Below, piece by piece: positions 25,280 to 40,796 of a stretch of DNA of 64,000 nucleotides. Made by a program: the position numbers and the translations under genes. How positions within the stretch are numbered: position 1 is the first letter of the stretch; each line of letters begins with the position of its first letter. The notes beneath the pieces are model-generated. The model was not told the DNA's origin, searched no databases, and saw only the letters and a list, made by a program, of their open reading frames with translations. Source of the DNA: Eledone cirrhosa (taxonomy: Eukaryota); NCBI GenBank assembly GCA_964016885.1, contig OZ024740.1, positions 343,170,001 to 343,234,000 of the forward strand, written 5' to 3'.

Positions 25280-25348
25280 TGGCTGCGTGCGGAGGTGGTA
25301 ATAAGCGGAAGTCACTTCCGCTTACTACCACCTCCGCACACAGAGCCA
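25280..25348. repeat. GC-rich palindrome, 29-bp arms, apex 25313
   Basis: tgcgtgcggaggtggtaataagcggaagt-c-acttccgcttactaccacctccgcacaca, 2 mismatches. Confidence 0.9.
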
Positions 25349-25706
25349 CTGTGATACGAGGTGCTGTATTATTTCGACCCATAGGTATATATAAAGAAAG
25401 ATACATTTGTGAGTAAATATGTAAGAGCCAAAAAATACCATTGTACATGTGTCTTTACAACCACTTACAAAAGACACAACTAAAGAGACACACACGCGCA
25501 TACATACGCACATGTACATACTTACATACACACATATATATATATATACATATACACACACATACATCTAAACACACACACACACTCATATATACACACA
25601 GACACATATAGATCAAGCACAAATAAACACATAAATTCACAAACGCAATGCAAATCCATTAATGACATTTAACAGTTTGCTTATCTGTTTAATATACATG
25701 CATACG

Positions 25707-25737
<31 letters not shown>

Positions 25738-25935
25738 TCACGTGTATGTAAATACACATATATATATGATATATATATATATTATATATATATATATGCA
25801 TTCATATATGTATATATATACATATGAATATATATGTATATATATATATATAAATACATATATATATATATATGCATATATTTATATATATATATATGTA
25901 TATATAAATATATATATATACATACATATATATTA

Positions 25936-25990
<55 letters not shown>

Positions 25991-26002
25991 CATATATATA
26001 TA

Positions 26003-26066
<64 letters not shown>

Positions 26067-26082
26067 CATATATATATATATA

Positions 26083-26173
<91 letters not shown>

Positions 26174-26456
26174 GAATCAAACACATAAACACGTATATAA
26201 GGGAGAGCTGTAGCTATAGCCGGAAGGTATCCAGTGTAGTAAATATCCATCCTATATAATATCTCTGTCAATAACGAGAGTGAATATATTGCTAGATATA
26301 GAATAATGTACCTACTTTGAGGCATTAAATTTACCTTTATTGCCGGCTGTACCGCAATATACAAACGCACATCTGCCTATTTGTCTTCCTGATATTATGT
26401 CCTCTCTTTTGTGTATGTTTGTGTCTACGTGTGTGAGTGTTTGCAGTTTGCATGCG

Positions 26457-26524
<68 letters not shown>

Positions 26525-26528
<4 letters not shown>

Positions 26529-26549
26529 TACGTATGTACGTATGTATTC

Positions 26550-26583
<34 letters not shown>

Positions 26584-26604
26584 GAATACATACGTACATA
26601 CGTA

Positions 26605-26670
<66 letters not shown>

Positions 26671-26694
26671 TACGTATGTACGTATGTATTCATG
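26525..26694. repeat. 28-bp unit in direct-inverted-direct arrangement separated by (TA)n
   Basis: tgtctacgtatgtacgtatgtattcatg at 26525-26552 and 26667-26694; exact reverse complement at 26581-26608. Confidence 0.9.
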
Positions 26695-27717
26695 TATATA
26701 TATATATATATATATATATATGTTTGTATGTATTCATGTATTCACATATGTATTCATGTATGTATGTATACATGTATGTATGCATATATGTATGTATGTA
26801 TGTATTCATGTATATATGTATGTATGCATGTATGTATGTATATATGTATGTATGTATGTATTCATGTATGTATGTATGTATGTATGTATGTATGTATGTA
26901 TGTATGTATGTATTCATGTATGTATACATGTATGTATGCATATATGTATGTATTCATGTATATATGTATGCATGCATGTATGCATGTATGTATGTATGTA
27001 TGTATGTATGTATGTATGTATGTATGTATGTATGTATTCATGTATGTATGTATGTATTCACATATGTATTCATGTATGTATACATGTATGTATGCATATA
27101 TGTATGTATGTATGTATTCATGTATGTATGTATGTATGTATATATGTATGTATGCATATATGTATGAATGTATGCATTCATGTATGTACGTATGTATTCC
27201 TGTATATATGTATGTATCCATGTACGAATTTATGTGATCATGCATGTATGTATATTTGTAAACTACATATATATTTACAAACATATACATGCATACTGTA
27301 TATAGATACATACACACACACACATACATATTGTATACACATACATACCTGCACAGCTACATGAATATATTATATATATATATTATATTACCTTATATAT
27401 ATGTATATATGTGTGTCTGTGAGTTTCGCCTGTATGTATCTGTGTATGTGTGTGTATAGGCGTTAGCTGAAGTATATAGGGACATTATGATATATATGAA
27501 GACATATACATATATATTATTCATGTGCATCCCTATAGATACACTCATATGTGCAAGATTTCTTCTAAAATATTTGAACCCATCTTACTTAATGACATAA
27601 GAGCAGAAAAAGAATATTTTTATTTTATTTTAAATTGATCATAGGCTAAAAACGTTTGGTATAAGCATCGCACAAAAGTGTGTGAATGTGTGTGTGAATG
27701 TGTGTGTGTGTGTGTGT

Positions 27718-27768
<51 letters not shown>

Positions 27769-27901
27769 TATCTATCTATCTATTTATCTATCTATCTACA
27801 GATATATGCTTATTTTATGAATTTGTGATAAACAGACTGAACATGCAATTCGTTGAGTTTGATAAGAAAGTAAAGCCGGCATAATAAACTCGTTAATAAT
27901 G

Positions 27902-28055
<154 letters not shown>

Positions 28056-28461
28056 TATCAGACCTTCCAACCTCTAAAAGCCCAAACGAGGAGTACCATG
28101 AAAAAAGTGCCCCAAAACGAGGAGAAATGAGGCAACATGGGGAGATTTTACAAAATGAGAGCTATATCCATTTTCTCAAGAGAAGTGGGTGGGCGAGTTG
28201 ACAGGTCAGTTATATAATTACGAAAATCTGTGACCTGCACATGTAGTAGACTTAATACATCGCCCAGTTTGTCATTGAATTATCTTAAATTGGTCCTTTT
28301 ACGGGGTCCATTTTGTTGCAAGCATTGGGACCAGATTTCTATTTTGAGGATGCCTTTCTTCCCACTTTTGACCAGTTTCGTAGGAACTGATAAACGGTCG
28401 TATGCCGTTTCCCACTCCGGTTTCAATGTTATTTAACAAATCATTATTTTTTGCCACCCTA

Positions 28462-28683
28462 GGGCGGTGGATTGGTAGTATCAGTAGAGAGCCGGACACC
28501 AAGCTTTGCAGCATGGAGTTACGGTCCTTTATGGTCTGAGTTAAAATCCCGCCGAGGTTAACTTTGCCTTTTATCCTTACGGGGTCGATAAAATAAAGCA
28601 CCAGTAACGTACTGGGTCGATTTAATCGACTTTCCTCTACCCCCAAATTACTGGCCTTGTGCCTATTGTAGAAATCATTATTA
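28462..28683 (+). mobile_element. SINE family A, full length (tRNA-derived, octopus-type)
   Basis: A-box-like TGGTAGTATCAG, B-box-like GAGTTAAAATCCC, conserved body, (ATT)n tail. Confidence 0.9.
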
Positions 28684-29480
28684 TTTGCCAACCTCTCTGT
28701 TCGTAACAAGGATAGTAGCTGGAGGCTATATATTAAAATATAAACCTGTACGGCACTTTAGTTCAGACTCATTTACATAATGCTAGGTGGTTGACGGTCG
28801 GACAATAATTACTAAAGCAGAGCTTTACACACCTTTCACACAGGCGAGACACTCTTAAAATGAAAATTTTCATGACACTGTTTTGCAAGCATCATGAAAT
28901 TAACGAAATTAATAAATAAACAATTAAATATCATATCACGTGTCACCAGGCATAATTTTCTAATCTTAAATATATTTAACGTTGAAATATTTATTTCATC
29001 ATCATACCCCCTTTTATACATTGTTGCTGATCAGGGATCGGTAATAAGTGAGCCATTTAAATATTTTCAGAGAGTCTCGAACCTTTTCAAATGTTTATAT
29101 ATAAGATATGATATAATATATAAGCGAGTCATGAGCCATTAGAAAAATATGCTTTTGACTCCTACTGTAGATAAACCACGTGTGTAATCGTGAATTATCG
29201 CGGCAACTGAACTTAAAGTAAGAAGCGCGGGACTGCGTACGGTTTATAATTTGTTATCCCCTTAGTAAAAAAAAGTTGGATTACTTTGAATAAATAATGA
29301 ATGAATATAATGTATCTACTAAATTTCGTGGCTGTTCATTAAATATATTTTATTACTTATTTAAAGATTCACTTCTTTAACATTTTCAAATGTCAAAACT
29401 TCCGGTTAGCGATCGTTTAAATAAACATACATATATTTCTGTCACTAATTTTTTCCTAATGCCGTTTATATATAATATTG

Positions 29481-29856
29481 TCTTTTTTTTAATGTATCAT
29501 GGATTACGTTACGGATTACATAAGACAGTGTGACGCAGTCTTCGTAGAATTTCTGTGTATATTGTCAATTACGATTTTATTTGATCATATCTACATGCAT
29601 ATATACTTGCGTATCAATATACACACTACACATGCTAGCAGATATATAATATCGTCTTTTTTTAATGTATCATGGATTACGTTACTGATTACATAAGAGA
29701 GTGTAACACAGAACTTCGTTCAATTTCTGTGTATATTGTCAATTACGATTTTATTTGATGTATCATATCTACATGCATATATACTTGCGTATAATATCAA
29801 TATACACACAACACATGCTAGCAGAAAACCACCCGAACGGTGGTTTTTCTGCTAGT
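29481..29856 (+). repeat. ~175-bp tandem duplication ending in a CTAG-closed hairpin (Helitron-like 3' end)
   Basis: 29481-29642 resembles 29655-29825; then ctagcagaaaaccacc-cgaa-cggtggtttttctgctag. Confidence 0.6.
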
Positions 29857-30661
29857 AATTCTAATAAACTATGAGAAGGTTATGAAATAGCATATGAATT
29901 CTTTATTCAATAATAAAAAGCGTCTGTTTGCTTTTTTATTCATCGTTTATATACGTCATAGTTAACTATATATGTCTTTTAAGCGAGTTAAGCTATGTTA
30001 TATTAATACTACTTACAAAAGTCACAAAAGATACTGCATAGCTGAATTTTCGACTTCATCCTAACGATGTTTTTTTAATTAAAGATAATCTGCTGTGGTA
30101 TTTATACCCAGACGATCCAGTTGAAATTTTAAGCTGTATCAGACTCAAGTTTGATGTCACTTCAAGCAATAATAGTCAGTTATATGCTTAATTATTTGGT
30201 GATCTCTTATTTCTACTCGCCATTTAGACCGCTTCAAAAATACCAAAATAAGAGTAAATGTTTCTAAATAGTTATGTTACTATCAGATTAGAACATGCAA
30301 AATGAAACAATAATCCCGAATATTGGCAAACTATGGGTTACATTAGTTATGTTAGTGCTCACTTTACCATTTGGTTCGCATGCATCAGGCATTCCTTGGT
30401 AATTTAAAACTCTAATTCAGAGATTTGATTCTGACTTAGTTTTTTTTTTATTTAATTGCTAAACCTGTAGATATTGTTCTCTATACAGTAACGGTAAAAA
30501 CTCACTTGCAATAATTCTTTACACACATCTCACTGTGTAACACACTTCTCTTTGTGTAATATATTTGCATTTGAGCTCAGAAGAAAATTCTCTATTCTTC
30601 TTTGAGCTAATATTATTATTATTATTACTGTGAACTGCGGAATACTCTTAATTCCGATCTT

Positions 30662-30742
<81 letters not shown>

Positions 30743-31358
30743 GCGTAAGAACTCCACGACGTAGATACTTTAAGGTATTAATTACTACCTACAAGGTATC
30801 AGACGGAGTGTCAATATTATAAAGAAGAGAGACGGTTTTATGTATACATCCTCTCTTTATTATATAATCCTGTTATGCGCATTTTGAAGACACATATATA
30901 TAAACATATAGATAACATAAATCTATATAACACACATAGATTTTAAGGCATCATTTATGGACCTAAATCATATATAATTAAATAGATACAATATAATACA
31001 GCTACTTATTTTATTGACTCGACACCCGAGGGAAGAAAGATGAAGTCAAGTCTGTTAGGATTTGAACTCAGACCGTATAAAGAGCCGAAACTAAAAACTG
31101 TAAGGCAGTTTGCTCTCCGTAGAATATATTCTGGAAACACTAAATCCCTGGAGGTGGTGCCCCAGCCTGGCCGCAGTCTAATGACAGAAACCAGCAAAAG
31201 AATATGTATAAAGGAAACGCCAAACTCAGGAGAGCGATGGAAGGAAGTTTCAGTTTTGAATAACTTAATAAACTGCTACATGAATTGAGTATCTATTTTT
31301 CCCTTTGTAAGGACAAACGCAAACACGCGTACGCACGCACGCGCGCGCACACACACAC

Positions 31359-31407
<49 letters not shown>

Positions 31408-32765
31408 CCACACACACATACACACACACACACACACGTGCACACTTTCTATATCATATATCATATATTAATATATATTGATATCAATTTACAGAAAAAT
31501 GTCAACTAGTAATTTACAACTATTTAATTTACATATAAACCTCAACTATGATAATATAGTTTAATATGTGGGTATGTGTGTATGTGAATGTGTCTGTCAG
31601 TGTGTGTGAATGTTGGAGAATGTTTATATATGTATACATGCATGACAAATTAGATCTATGCCAGGTTTAAGGAATAGTTACGCATCTAAAATATTTAAAT
31701 ACAAGCATAATAACATACAAATAAGCATACAAATAATAACATACAGACAAACATACAAATATATATAAATAAATACATAAACCACCAATAAAGAACAAAA
31801 AATAAAACTTATAAAAAAATTAAAAAATCGAACAGAAATAAAAAAGAAACTTCCTAGAAATTAAAAAAAATAAGTGAAATATATTAAAATCAAACTAAAA
31901 ATCAAAGAAAATAATCAAACACCAAACCAACTATAAACCATTTAAACGTAGTTTGAATTAATTGTAAACTCCTACTATGCTTATTTCTGACTCTAAGCAA
32001 ATAATTCTGTGTGCTTGCGCCTTATTTTTGTTGATTTTCTTTCCTTTTTTTTTTTATATATTCACACGCAAATTTATATATCATCAGCGTCCTGGTAAAA
32101 TGATCATTGATATTTATGCAAGCTGCAAACATATCAAGGAGAAAGAATAATAAAAATAAAATGAAAAGAAAATATGAGCAAACAAGCGAACAAACGAACA
32201 AAGCAAACGTTGAATGTATAGAAATATAATATAGAAATATAATGGTGAGTGGAATGGCTGAAGAAAATAAATGCTCGGAAGATTCATCGATTCCGTTTAT
32301 TTATTTAGTTATTTTCACCGTGTTTTATGCATTTTTTCTGTATTTTGTTCGTATTTTTTTGTTCACAAAAGATCCATTTAAAATAATTTATTGCGTGTAA
32401 AGCATGTAAATATTTGAATTTGTAAAATTCTTTCCCTTCGTCTGCCTCCGTTTCTCTCTCTACACTCTCTCTCTTTCTCTCTTCCTTTTCTCTTTTTCTC
32501 TATCTCTTTGTAGTATTTTTTTTTCTGTTCTTATGCCTTTTTGGAAATATCTATCTACTGTTTTCACTCTTTCTCCCCCCCCCCCCCCACATATTCCCTT
32601 CGCTCATAATCTATAATCTCTCTTTCATTTACTCACTAACTCACCCACTCTCTTCTTCTTTACTTCCTTTCCTTTCTCCCTCTCTCTCCATCTATGTCTA
32701 TCTGTCTGTTGTCTCTCCACACGCACGCATACATATATGCATTTGTGTGTTTGCATGTGTACATG

Positions 32766-32847
<82 letters not shown>

Positions 32848-32850
32848 TTT

Positions 32851-32911
<61 letters not shown>

Positions 32912-33256
32912 ATGTAATTATGCATACGCAAGTCTACGTTTGTGTATGTGTGTATTATGTAAATTTTATTTAAAGTTTTGCTTTATATTTATTTATTAGA
33001 ATCGATTCCATAATAAGTCTTCCCATTAGAATATCTATTAACACTGACTCCATACTAAATGTTCTGTTTATACATATTTATATATACGTACACACATATA
33101 TATATGCATACACACATATATACATACACAAATATATAGATGCATGTACATTATATATATATATATATAATATACATATATATATATTATATGTATACAT
33201 ATATATGTATATATATATGTATGTATACACACACACACACACATATATACATATAT

Positions 33257-33443
33257 AATTGTTTCTACTTTTGGCACAAGGCCATCAATTACCCAGTGCA
33301 TTACTGGTACTTTATTTCATCGACCCCGTAGGTTGAAAGGTAAAGTTAACCTCGGCGGGATTTGAACTCAGAATGGCAAGGGACGTAACTCTATGCGTCA
33401 AAGCATGGCGTCTGACCCTCTACCGATACTGCCAATCCACCGC
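33257..33443 (-). mobile_element. SINE family A, short variant
   Basis: Full head and body; lacks the gatttaatcgac..cccccaa segment. Confidence 0.9.
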
Positions 33444-34656
33444 AATAGAGAATAGTTTGTTAATCTATTAATGTTTTCTATTTAGTTTTGTATTATATTG
33501 GTGTAATGCTATGTGTTGAAACATGTTTATGTTTCAATTGCATGCTTAGTTTACAGGACAACAGAGTGAAGCAAAGAAAGGACCCTCTATGTCTTCTTTC
33601 AATCTACTACAAGTATCTAGCAAATCATTCCCTACCTTAAAGGAATACGGACACAATGAATATAGTTTTCGCCGATAGTTTTGCTTGGATAAAATATAAT
33701 ACACGAAATGGACAAAACCGAAATGCTTTTTAACCATGAGTCTACACTAGCAGAGTAAAACGGTAAAAACATTGACAGTAATTTTATGTCTAATGCCGAA
33801 GCTTACTTTGGCGTTCATCCTTTCTAAGTTACGTATTTGCCGATCTAATGGACGCCCTTTCGTATAAGACACCCTCTGGTTTTACAAGGGCATTTTGATA
33901 AAAAAAAATTTAATACATTTCTTCATAAAATTATTATTTCTATGTTTTCTTAGAAACTCTTATTCGACATCATTTTGCTTATATAAATAGTACTAATAAT
34001 AAACTAAATCTTTTTAACCATGATTGTCCTCACTCTTCGTTTAGCCTTCCATTGGTGATACAGGCGTATTGGATGCATAGAAGAATTTTTATGTTGTTTT
34101 TGTTTTCTTAAACGTGCGTCCAATAGGCCGGCAGATACGGTATATAAAATAAAGTACACGTCCCGGGACATTAGACTGGCAGAATTGTTAGATCATAAAA
34201 GGGGATTCCTGACAGTATTTGTTCCAGTCCTTTGCGTCCTGAATTTAAATTCGGCTGTGGTCTACTTATGTGGACCATATAATCCTAGCCCTTAGATGCC
34301 TTTTGAAGACCACTCTGTTGCAAGCATACATGACCAGGTCTCGTGTTTTGGGGTTACATTCCTTTATCCCTCCTCGACTAAACAGAAGATTAAAAAATGC
34401 TACGTCTGAATTACTGGAAATGACAATGCTTCAAGTTTCTAATGAATTTTACAAATTACAATGGTCACTCTATCTTTATTCATGAATTTACAGACGTGCA
34501 GTCGGTTATTAATGAGAGTTGTGAAAAAATGTTCGTGCTAATTGTACATGGCAAAACTAATAGCAAATTATACGGTAGACAATGTAGTTAGAACAAGTTC
34601 AGATACAAAAACAACAATAATTACAATCACACAAACGCATTGAACGACAAATAGAT

Positions 34657-34840
34657 AATTGTTTCTACTTTTTGGCACAAAGCCAGCAATTACACAGTGC
34701 ATTACTGGTACTTTATTTTATCGACCCCGTAAGGATGAAAGGCAAAGTTAACCTCGGCGGGATTTGAACTCAGACCATAAAGGGCCGTAACTCTTTGCTG
34801 CAAAACATGGCGTCCGACCTCTATCGATACTGCCAATCCA
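34657..34840 (-). mobile_element. SINE family A, short variant
   Basis: As the 33257 copy. Confidence 0.9.
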
Positions 34841-34844
34841 AATG

Positions 34845-34937
34845 CCCCTTGATAAGTTCAGCTAGATTCCCGCCGTTCGAATACTGGCGCGTCAGCTCGG
34901 ATCTAGCTGTCGAAACACCGGAGCTCAGCTGTCGGGG
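34845..34937 (+). ncRNA. Degenerate type I hammerhead of the 11.5/48.0-kb family
   Basis: cccc-TTGATAA-g..cagctagat...atctagctg.c-GAAA-ca...tG-TC-gggg. Confidence 0.6.
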
Positions 34938-35028
34938 TCCAGAATCTTTTCATAATACCCACTCTACTACCCCAAGTATCGGGTACTCTGGTGGGTTATG
35001 GGCCACTTGGTTTTTTTACCACACCCTA

Positions 35029-35154
<126 letters not shown>

Positions 35155-35357
35155 GCCTGCCCGCCTAGCCAGTGGGATGGAGTCATCGTATGGCTAAAAC
35201 AGCACATTCTGTGACCAGCGGCGCCGAATGGCGCCCGACAGTCTGGTTGGTCAAGGTGATATATATATATATATATATATAATATATATAACAACACAAT
35301 CGGTACAGTATATGGAAGGGATATATTAGGTTAACGCTTGATATAGCAGGAAGAGGG

Positions 35358-35395
35358 TCTTAACGTTTCGGACGCTAGTCCTTCATCAAAAGAAA
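35358..35395 (-). ncRNA. Minimal hammerhead, C3>U variant; decayed relative at ~39890-39935 (+)
   Basis: tt-TTGATGA-agga-ctagcg-tcc-GAAA-cg-TT-aag. Confidence 0.55.
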
Positions 35396-35659
35396 GAATG
35401 AGAAATATGCTAGATTGGCGGGATGAGCGGTCTGGAATTGCAAAACATGTTTTTAGATAAAAATAAAAGGTACTTGGGTGGGAGTGAAAAATAGACGGGT
35501 GAGAAGAAGAAGGTGGTGTAAGAAGATTGTAGTAGAGGAAAAGTAGTAGAGAGTCGAAGTAATGATACGAACGATTTCCTGGTGGAAGTCCAGGTGTACT
35601 CCGGGTCGGTATCCAATTAGAAAATCCAACGAATTTTGAGAGGTCCACGTAGGCGTTGA

Positions 35660-35712
<53 letters not shown>

Positions 35713-36405
35713 TAGCAATTGGAAAGACCAACGGAAACATTGCTTCCTCGGTCCGATTTGACGAAAGTCGATCGACTGTCGATACACACGCGCACACACA
35801 CACATACTCACAAACATACACACACACACGCACACACACACACACAAACACACACACACATATATATATATATACATATATTAATTTGAATTCACTAGAT
35901 TACATATGTGTAATTTAAACGGCGATATTTTCTCTCGAGACCTGTTTTGCTAGTTATAGTCAGCGTGACTACTTTCCCTTCATTTTCATATGTCCAACTC
36001 GAAGTCTTGTCAAATGATCTAGATATCTGAATATATTTCAGCAAGGAAATTTCATAAGATCGAACTCTGTCCGCTTCTTTCACTGGTTGCTTTTAACGGC
36101 AAAATCCAGAAATATACTTTACTTGATATTAGTGGAGTTAGTTACGTTGTTTGTTATTCTTAGATTTTACATACTTCTTTAGAAGTGTTTGTCATTTAAT
36201 TGCAAAGGTTAATCTAATTAAACATATAATTTCAACTCACTACGTATATTACATATTTCAAACTATATGTACACACACTTATGCACATATACACATGCAC
36301 CCCCCCATATATATATGTATATATATACACACACCCACCCACCATCGACTTGTCATGAAAAGCTCGCAAGATCGAAACAGCCCATATGTTTGTGGCAGCT
36401 CACAG

Positions 36406-36466
<61 letters not shown>

Positions 36467-36478
36467 ATATCTATCTAC

Positions 36479-37365
36479 CCACTTCGTCATTCTATAGAGG
36501 GTTGGTCCGCAGCAAGTGCGACGACGCGCTCGGTGAAACTCTAGGCGTGGAGGAAGATGAACTGGCCAGTCTGTTCGGTAGGACCTTCCGCCCGGGACCG
36601 ATGGACAACTTCCAAAAGTCCCTGGCCTGGCAGTGCTACCGAGGAGCTCTACCAGTTCGAGACAAGCTCTACAGACATGGGCGCCCGGGCAGGGACCCTG
36701 CAAAAAAGATCTGTCCGAGGTGCGTGCGAGACGAAGAAACCGTCGCGCACGCATTCATACACTGCCCGGGCGTCACTGACCTGTGGGGCTATGTAGAACG
36801 ACTATTGTCGCGGGTGGGACCAATCCAGTTGACCACCGAGTCCATTGTCATGATCAAACCGCCACCCTCCTTCAAAAACGAAGGAGAGGCGGTTTTCCTT
36901 TGTGTGATAGCTATGGCGAAAGAGGTTGTATGGTGGACAAGGTTGAAAGGGCTGAGGTCAGACATCTTTCTCTCCGGCCAACAACTGATTCTTTTTTTCA
37001 AATACCACTTTGGAAGAAGAATCAGGATGGAGAGAGAGGTGCTGTACCCCAGCAAGTTTTATGAAAGGTGGGTGAAAGTGGCGAGAATGGCCCGAGTGAA
37101 TGGGCCTTCTCTCTATATCAGCCTGTAGGTTGAGGAAAAGGAGGAGGAGAGGAAAGGAGTACAAGCTCTTCGTACTCCTGGAGATGAGGGTTGCACATTT
37201 TTTTCGGGGGTCTGTGTTACCCATATAAACTGTCTCCCTCTATTGGGGAAAATCGACTAACTTTTAAATTCCATCTGTGATAACATTTTACACGTTTTTA
37301 TTGTATGTAAACTTCCCCCTTTGTATTTGTCCCCTTCTTTTGTGCCCCTGTGGCTAATAAAGAAA
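36479..37365 (+). mobile_element. L1/Tx1-like LINE, 5'-truncated copy 1 (ORF2 C-terminus open to 37128)
   Basis: W..YRGALPVRDKL...CPRC...EETVAHAFIHC...LW (zf-RVT CCHC); 3' UTR with AATAAA; flanked by (ATCT)n. Confidence 0.9.
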
Positions 37366-37385
37366 TCTATCTATCTATCTATCTA

Positions 37386-38347
37386 CCCAGGCGCTCACGG
37401 CTCTCTGGCAGGCGGACCCGGCTGTCAGTGGAGAATCCACCTCGTCATTCTATAGAGGGCTGGTGGTTAGCAGGTTCAACGACGCCCTCGGAGAAGCCCT
37501 AGGCATGGAGGAAGACGAACTGGCCAACCTGTTCGGTAGGACATTCAGCCCGGGACCCATGGATAACTTCCAGAGGTCCCTGGCCTGGCAATGCTACAGA
37601 AGGGCTCTGCCCGTTCGAGAAAGGCTCTACAGACACGGGCGCCCGGGTAGGGACCCCTCGAAAAAGATCTGTCCCAGATGCGTGTGCAACGAGGAAACCG
37701 TTGCACACGCATTAGTACACTGCTCGGGCATTGCCGATCTGTGGGGCTATGTCGAACAACTGCCGTCAAGGGTGGGACCGATCCGGTTGACCACCGAGTC
37801 TATTGTAACGATCAAGCCGCCTCCCCTCTTCAAAAACGAAGAAGAGGCGGTGTTTCTGTGCGTAATAGGCATGGCGAAAGAGGTTGTATGGTGAACGCGT
37901 CTGAAAGGACTGAGGTCAGACACCTTTCTCTCTGGCCAACAACTGGTCCGTTTCTTCCGATATCATTTCGGAAGAAGGATCAGGATGGAGAGAGAGGTGC
38001 TGCACCCCAGCCGTTTTTATGAAAGATGGGTGAAAGTGGCGAGAATGGCCCGTGTGAATGGGCCTTCACTCTACATCAGACTATAGGTGAGGAAGATGAA
38101 AGACCAAGGGAGCACCCCTTCTCTGTGCTCCTGAGGAAAAGGGTTGCACACTTTTTTTCGGGGGTGTGTGCGACCCCCCAAGGCGCCTCCTCTCTATTGA
38201 GGATTTTGTTATAAATTTTATTCTGTTATATTTTATTTTATTTTTATATTTTGTTATTGCCTCCTCCTTATTGAGGACGCCCTGTTTTGTAAACTCCCCC
38301 CATTGTACTTGTCCCACTCTTGATGCCCTGGTGGCAAATAAAAGAAA
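37386..38347 (+). mobile_element. L1/Tx1-like LINE, 5'-truncated copy 2 (premature stop at 37892)
   Basis: Paralogous to copy 1 with many synonymous differences; TGG>TGA; natural stop at 38086; flanked by (ATCT)n. Confidence 0.9.
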
Positions 38348-38508
38348 CATATCTATCTATCTATCAATTTATCTATCTATCTATTTATCTATCTATTATC
38401 TATTTATCTATTAATTTATTTATCAATCCATCTAGTCATCCATCCATATATACATACATGTATATATATATATATATACACACGTGTGTCTCTGTGTGTG
38501 TGTGTGTG

Positions 38509-38548
<40 letters not shown>

Positions 38549-38555
38549 GTGTGTC

Positions 38556-38613
<58 letters not shown>

Positions 38614-38638
38614 TAAAATAACAGATTTTAGTCTTCAA

Positions 38639-38702
<64 letters not shown>

Positions 38703-39987
38703 TAATACACGCATGCACGCAGACACTCACACACATGCACACACAAGCATACACATATACATATGTATATAAATTCAATCTATAAACGTGTACGTAATTA
38801 TTTCTTAACTAAATTCTTTTTTTAAACTCTATACGTTAACGTGTTTGTTTATTTGATAGTAATTCTGAAATATACCGTATAATAATGTAATATACGTTAA
38901 TGATTTAGTTAAAATTCATAAGGCAATATGTACGTTTATATTAGCCACTAAGAAAAAGAAAACTATGCTTGAGGCTTACCTCGCGTACACTGACTAATAT
39001 TTCAATATTTAACGAGCATTAATCAAATGAGCTAAGTGTTGTGGCTCCAGGCCGTCCTTAAAATGCCAAAATCAGATGCTAAACTAAAATATCTCTCGAC
39101 GTATTCACGAATCACAATTTAATGATCTACTTATGCAAGGTGACTGTGTTATGATTTAATGTTACCTTGAAGGAAATGATGATTAGGTAAAGCGAATTTT
39201 GACGATAGCTTCTTCGTATCTATCTGTACAACTAGTCAGCAGCCAGCCAACCAACCTACCAGCCAACTACCCAACCAGCCAGCTGCGGTTTAGCTAACCA
39301 ACCGAGCGACCATCCAACCATGTATCTATCTATCTGGACCCATACCTATGACATGGGACGTAGCAACTTGCATGCATGTGCCACTGACGTTCTCCCTCTA
39401 CTCTTCTTAATGCACGCCTCTACTTGAGTGTGTACTTGTATGTGAACGCATACGTACGTATACAAGGTTGGTCGAGCTCCTATGTGTGCGTATGCATATA
39501 TGCACATACACATATGTACGCCTCCACACATACCTAACAAGTCAGTCACTGTCACACCTTATGCTGATCAGATTGCGTGCGCACGCACACTCTCGCAGAC
39601 AGACTACAATACACAGGGTCTTATGCCCATCGTAATCTTCATATTCTCACTGGTGTGTACAAAAAAAACTAAAAAACCCAACATACACACCTCCACATTG
39701 CTTATCTCCCCTCCTGTAACTCTGCAATACATAAGTCTCGTTCTGTAATTCAACCTTCCAAAATAGCCGAATCACTACACACGCGTTTTCCCCCAGTCTA
39801 CATTTTCCTGTTTTCTTTCTTTTCTTACTCTTGTCTATTTTTTTTTCTTCTTTCTCACTATCATCCTCTTTTCTTTTTTTTTCCATGCTTTCTTCCAATG
39901 AAGGATTAACGCTCGAAACATTAAAAGCTCGTGTATTACTATATCAAGCGTTAAACGATGACATATCATCATTGATTTGTACTGTTA

Positions 39988-40049
<62 letters not shown>

Positions 40050-40052
40050 TCT

Positions 40053-40182
<130 letters not shown>

Positions 40183-40565
40183 TCTCTCTCTCTCTTTCTA
40201 TCTGTCTATCTGCCTGACTGCCAGTCTGTCTGCCTGTCTGTCTATCTGTCTATCTGTCTATCTATTTATCTATCTAACATACTTAGCTGTTATGTCATTT
40301 TAAACATCACGTGTGTCAGGCAGCTAATCAAAATAATACATTGACTAATAGATGCAGGATTCTTAGTCACATGGTTACAATCAAAACAATAAATTCCGCC
40401 CAAATTGCAAGGTGTGAAGTCCTAAGCTGCTATAAATGTTTATCTTGTTTTATCTGACGTATTTTCACTTTGTTTTATTTATTTTGCAAACCTATTGAAA
40501 AACCAGCAAAATGTTGGTAAACTTGTATGAAATTTAAAAGCTACATACACAAATACACGCACACA

Positions 40566-40686
<121 letters not shown>

Positions 40687-40719
40687 GATTATGAGTTCAT
40701 GCAATTGACTTATGTTTCG

Positions 40720-40796
<77 letters not shown>

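Noticed and set aside
36151-36478. N-terminal part of the 325-aa ORF as a host-LINE fusion gene
   Set aside because: Chance read-through of low-complexity DNA and (ATCT)n into the LINE fragment.
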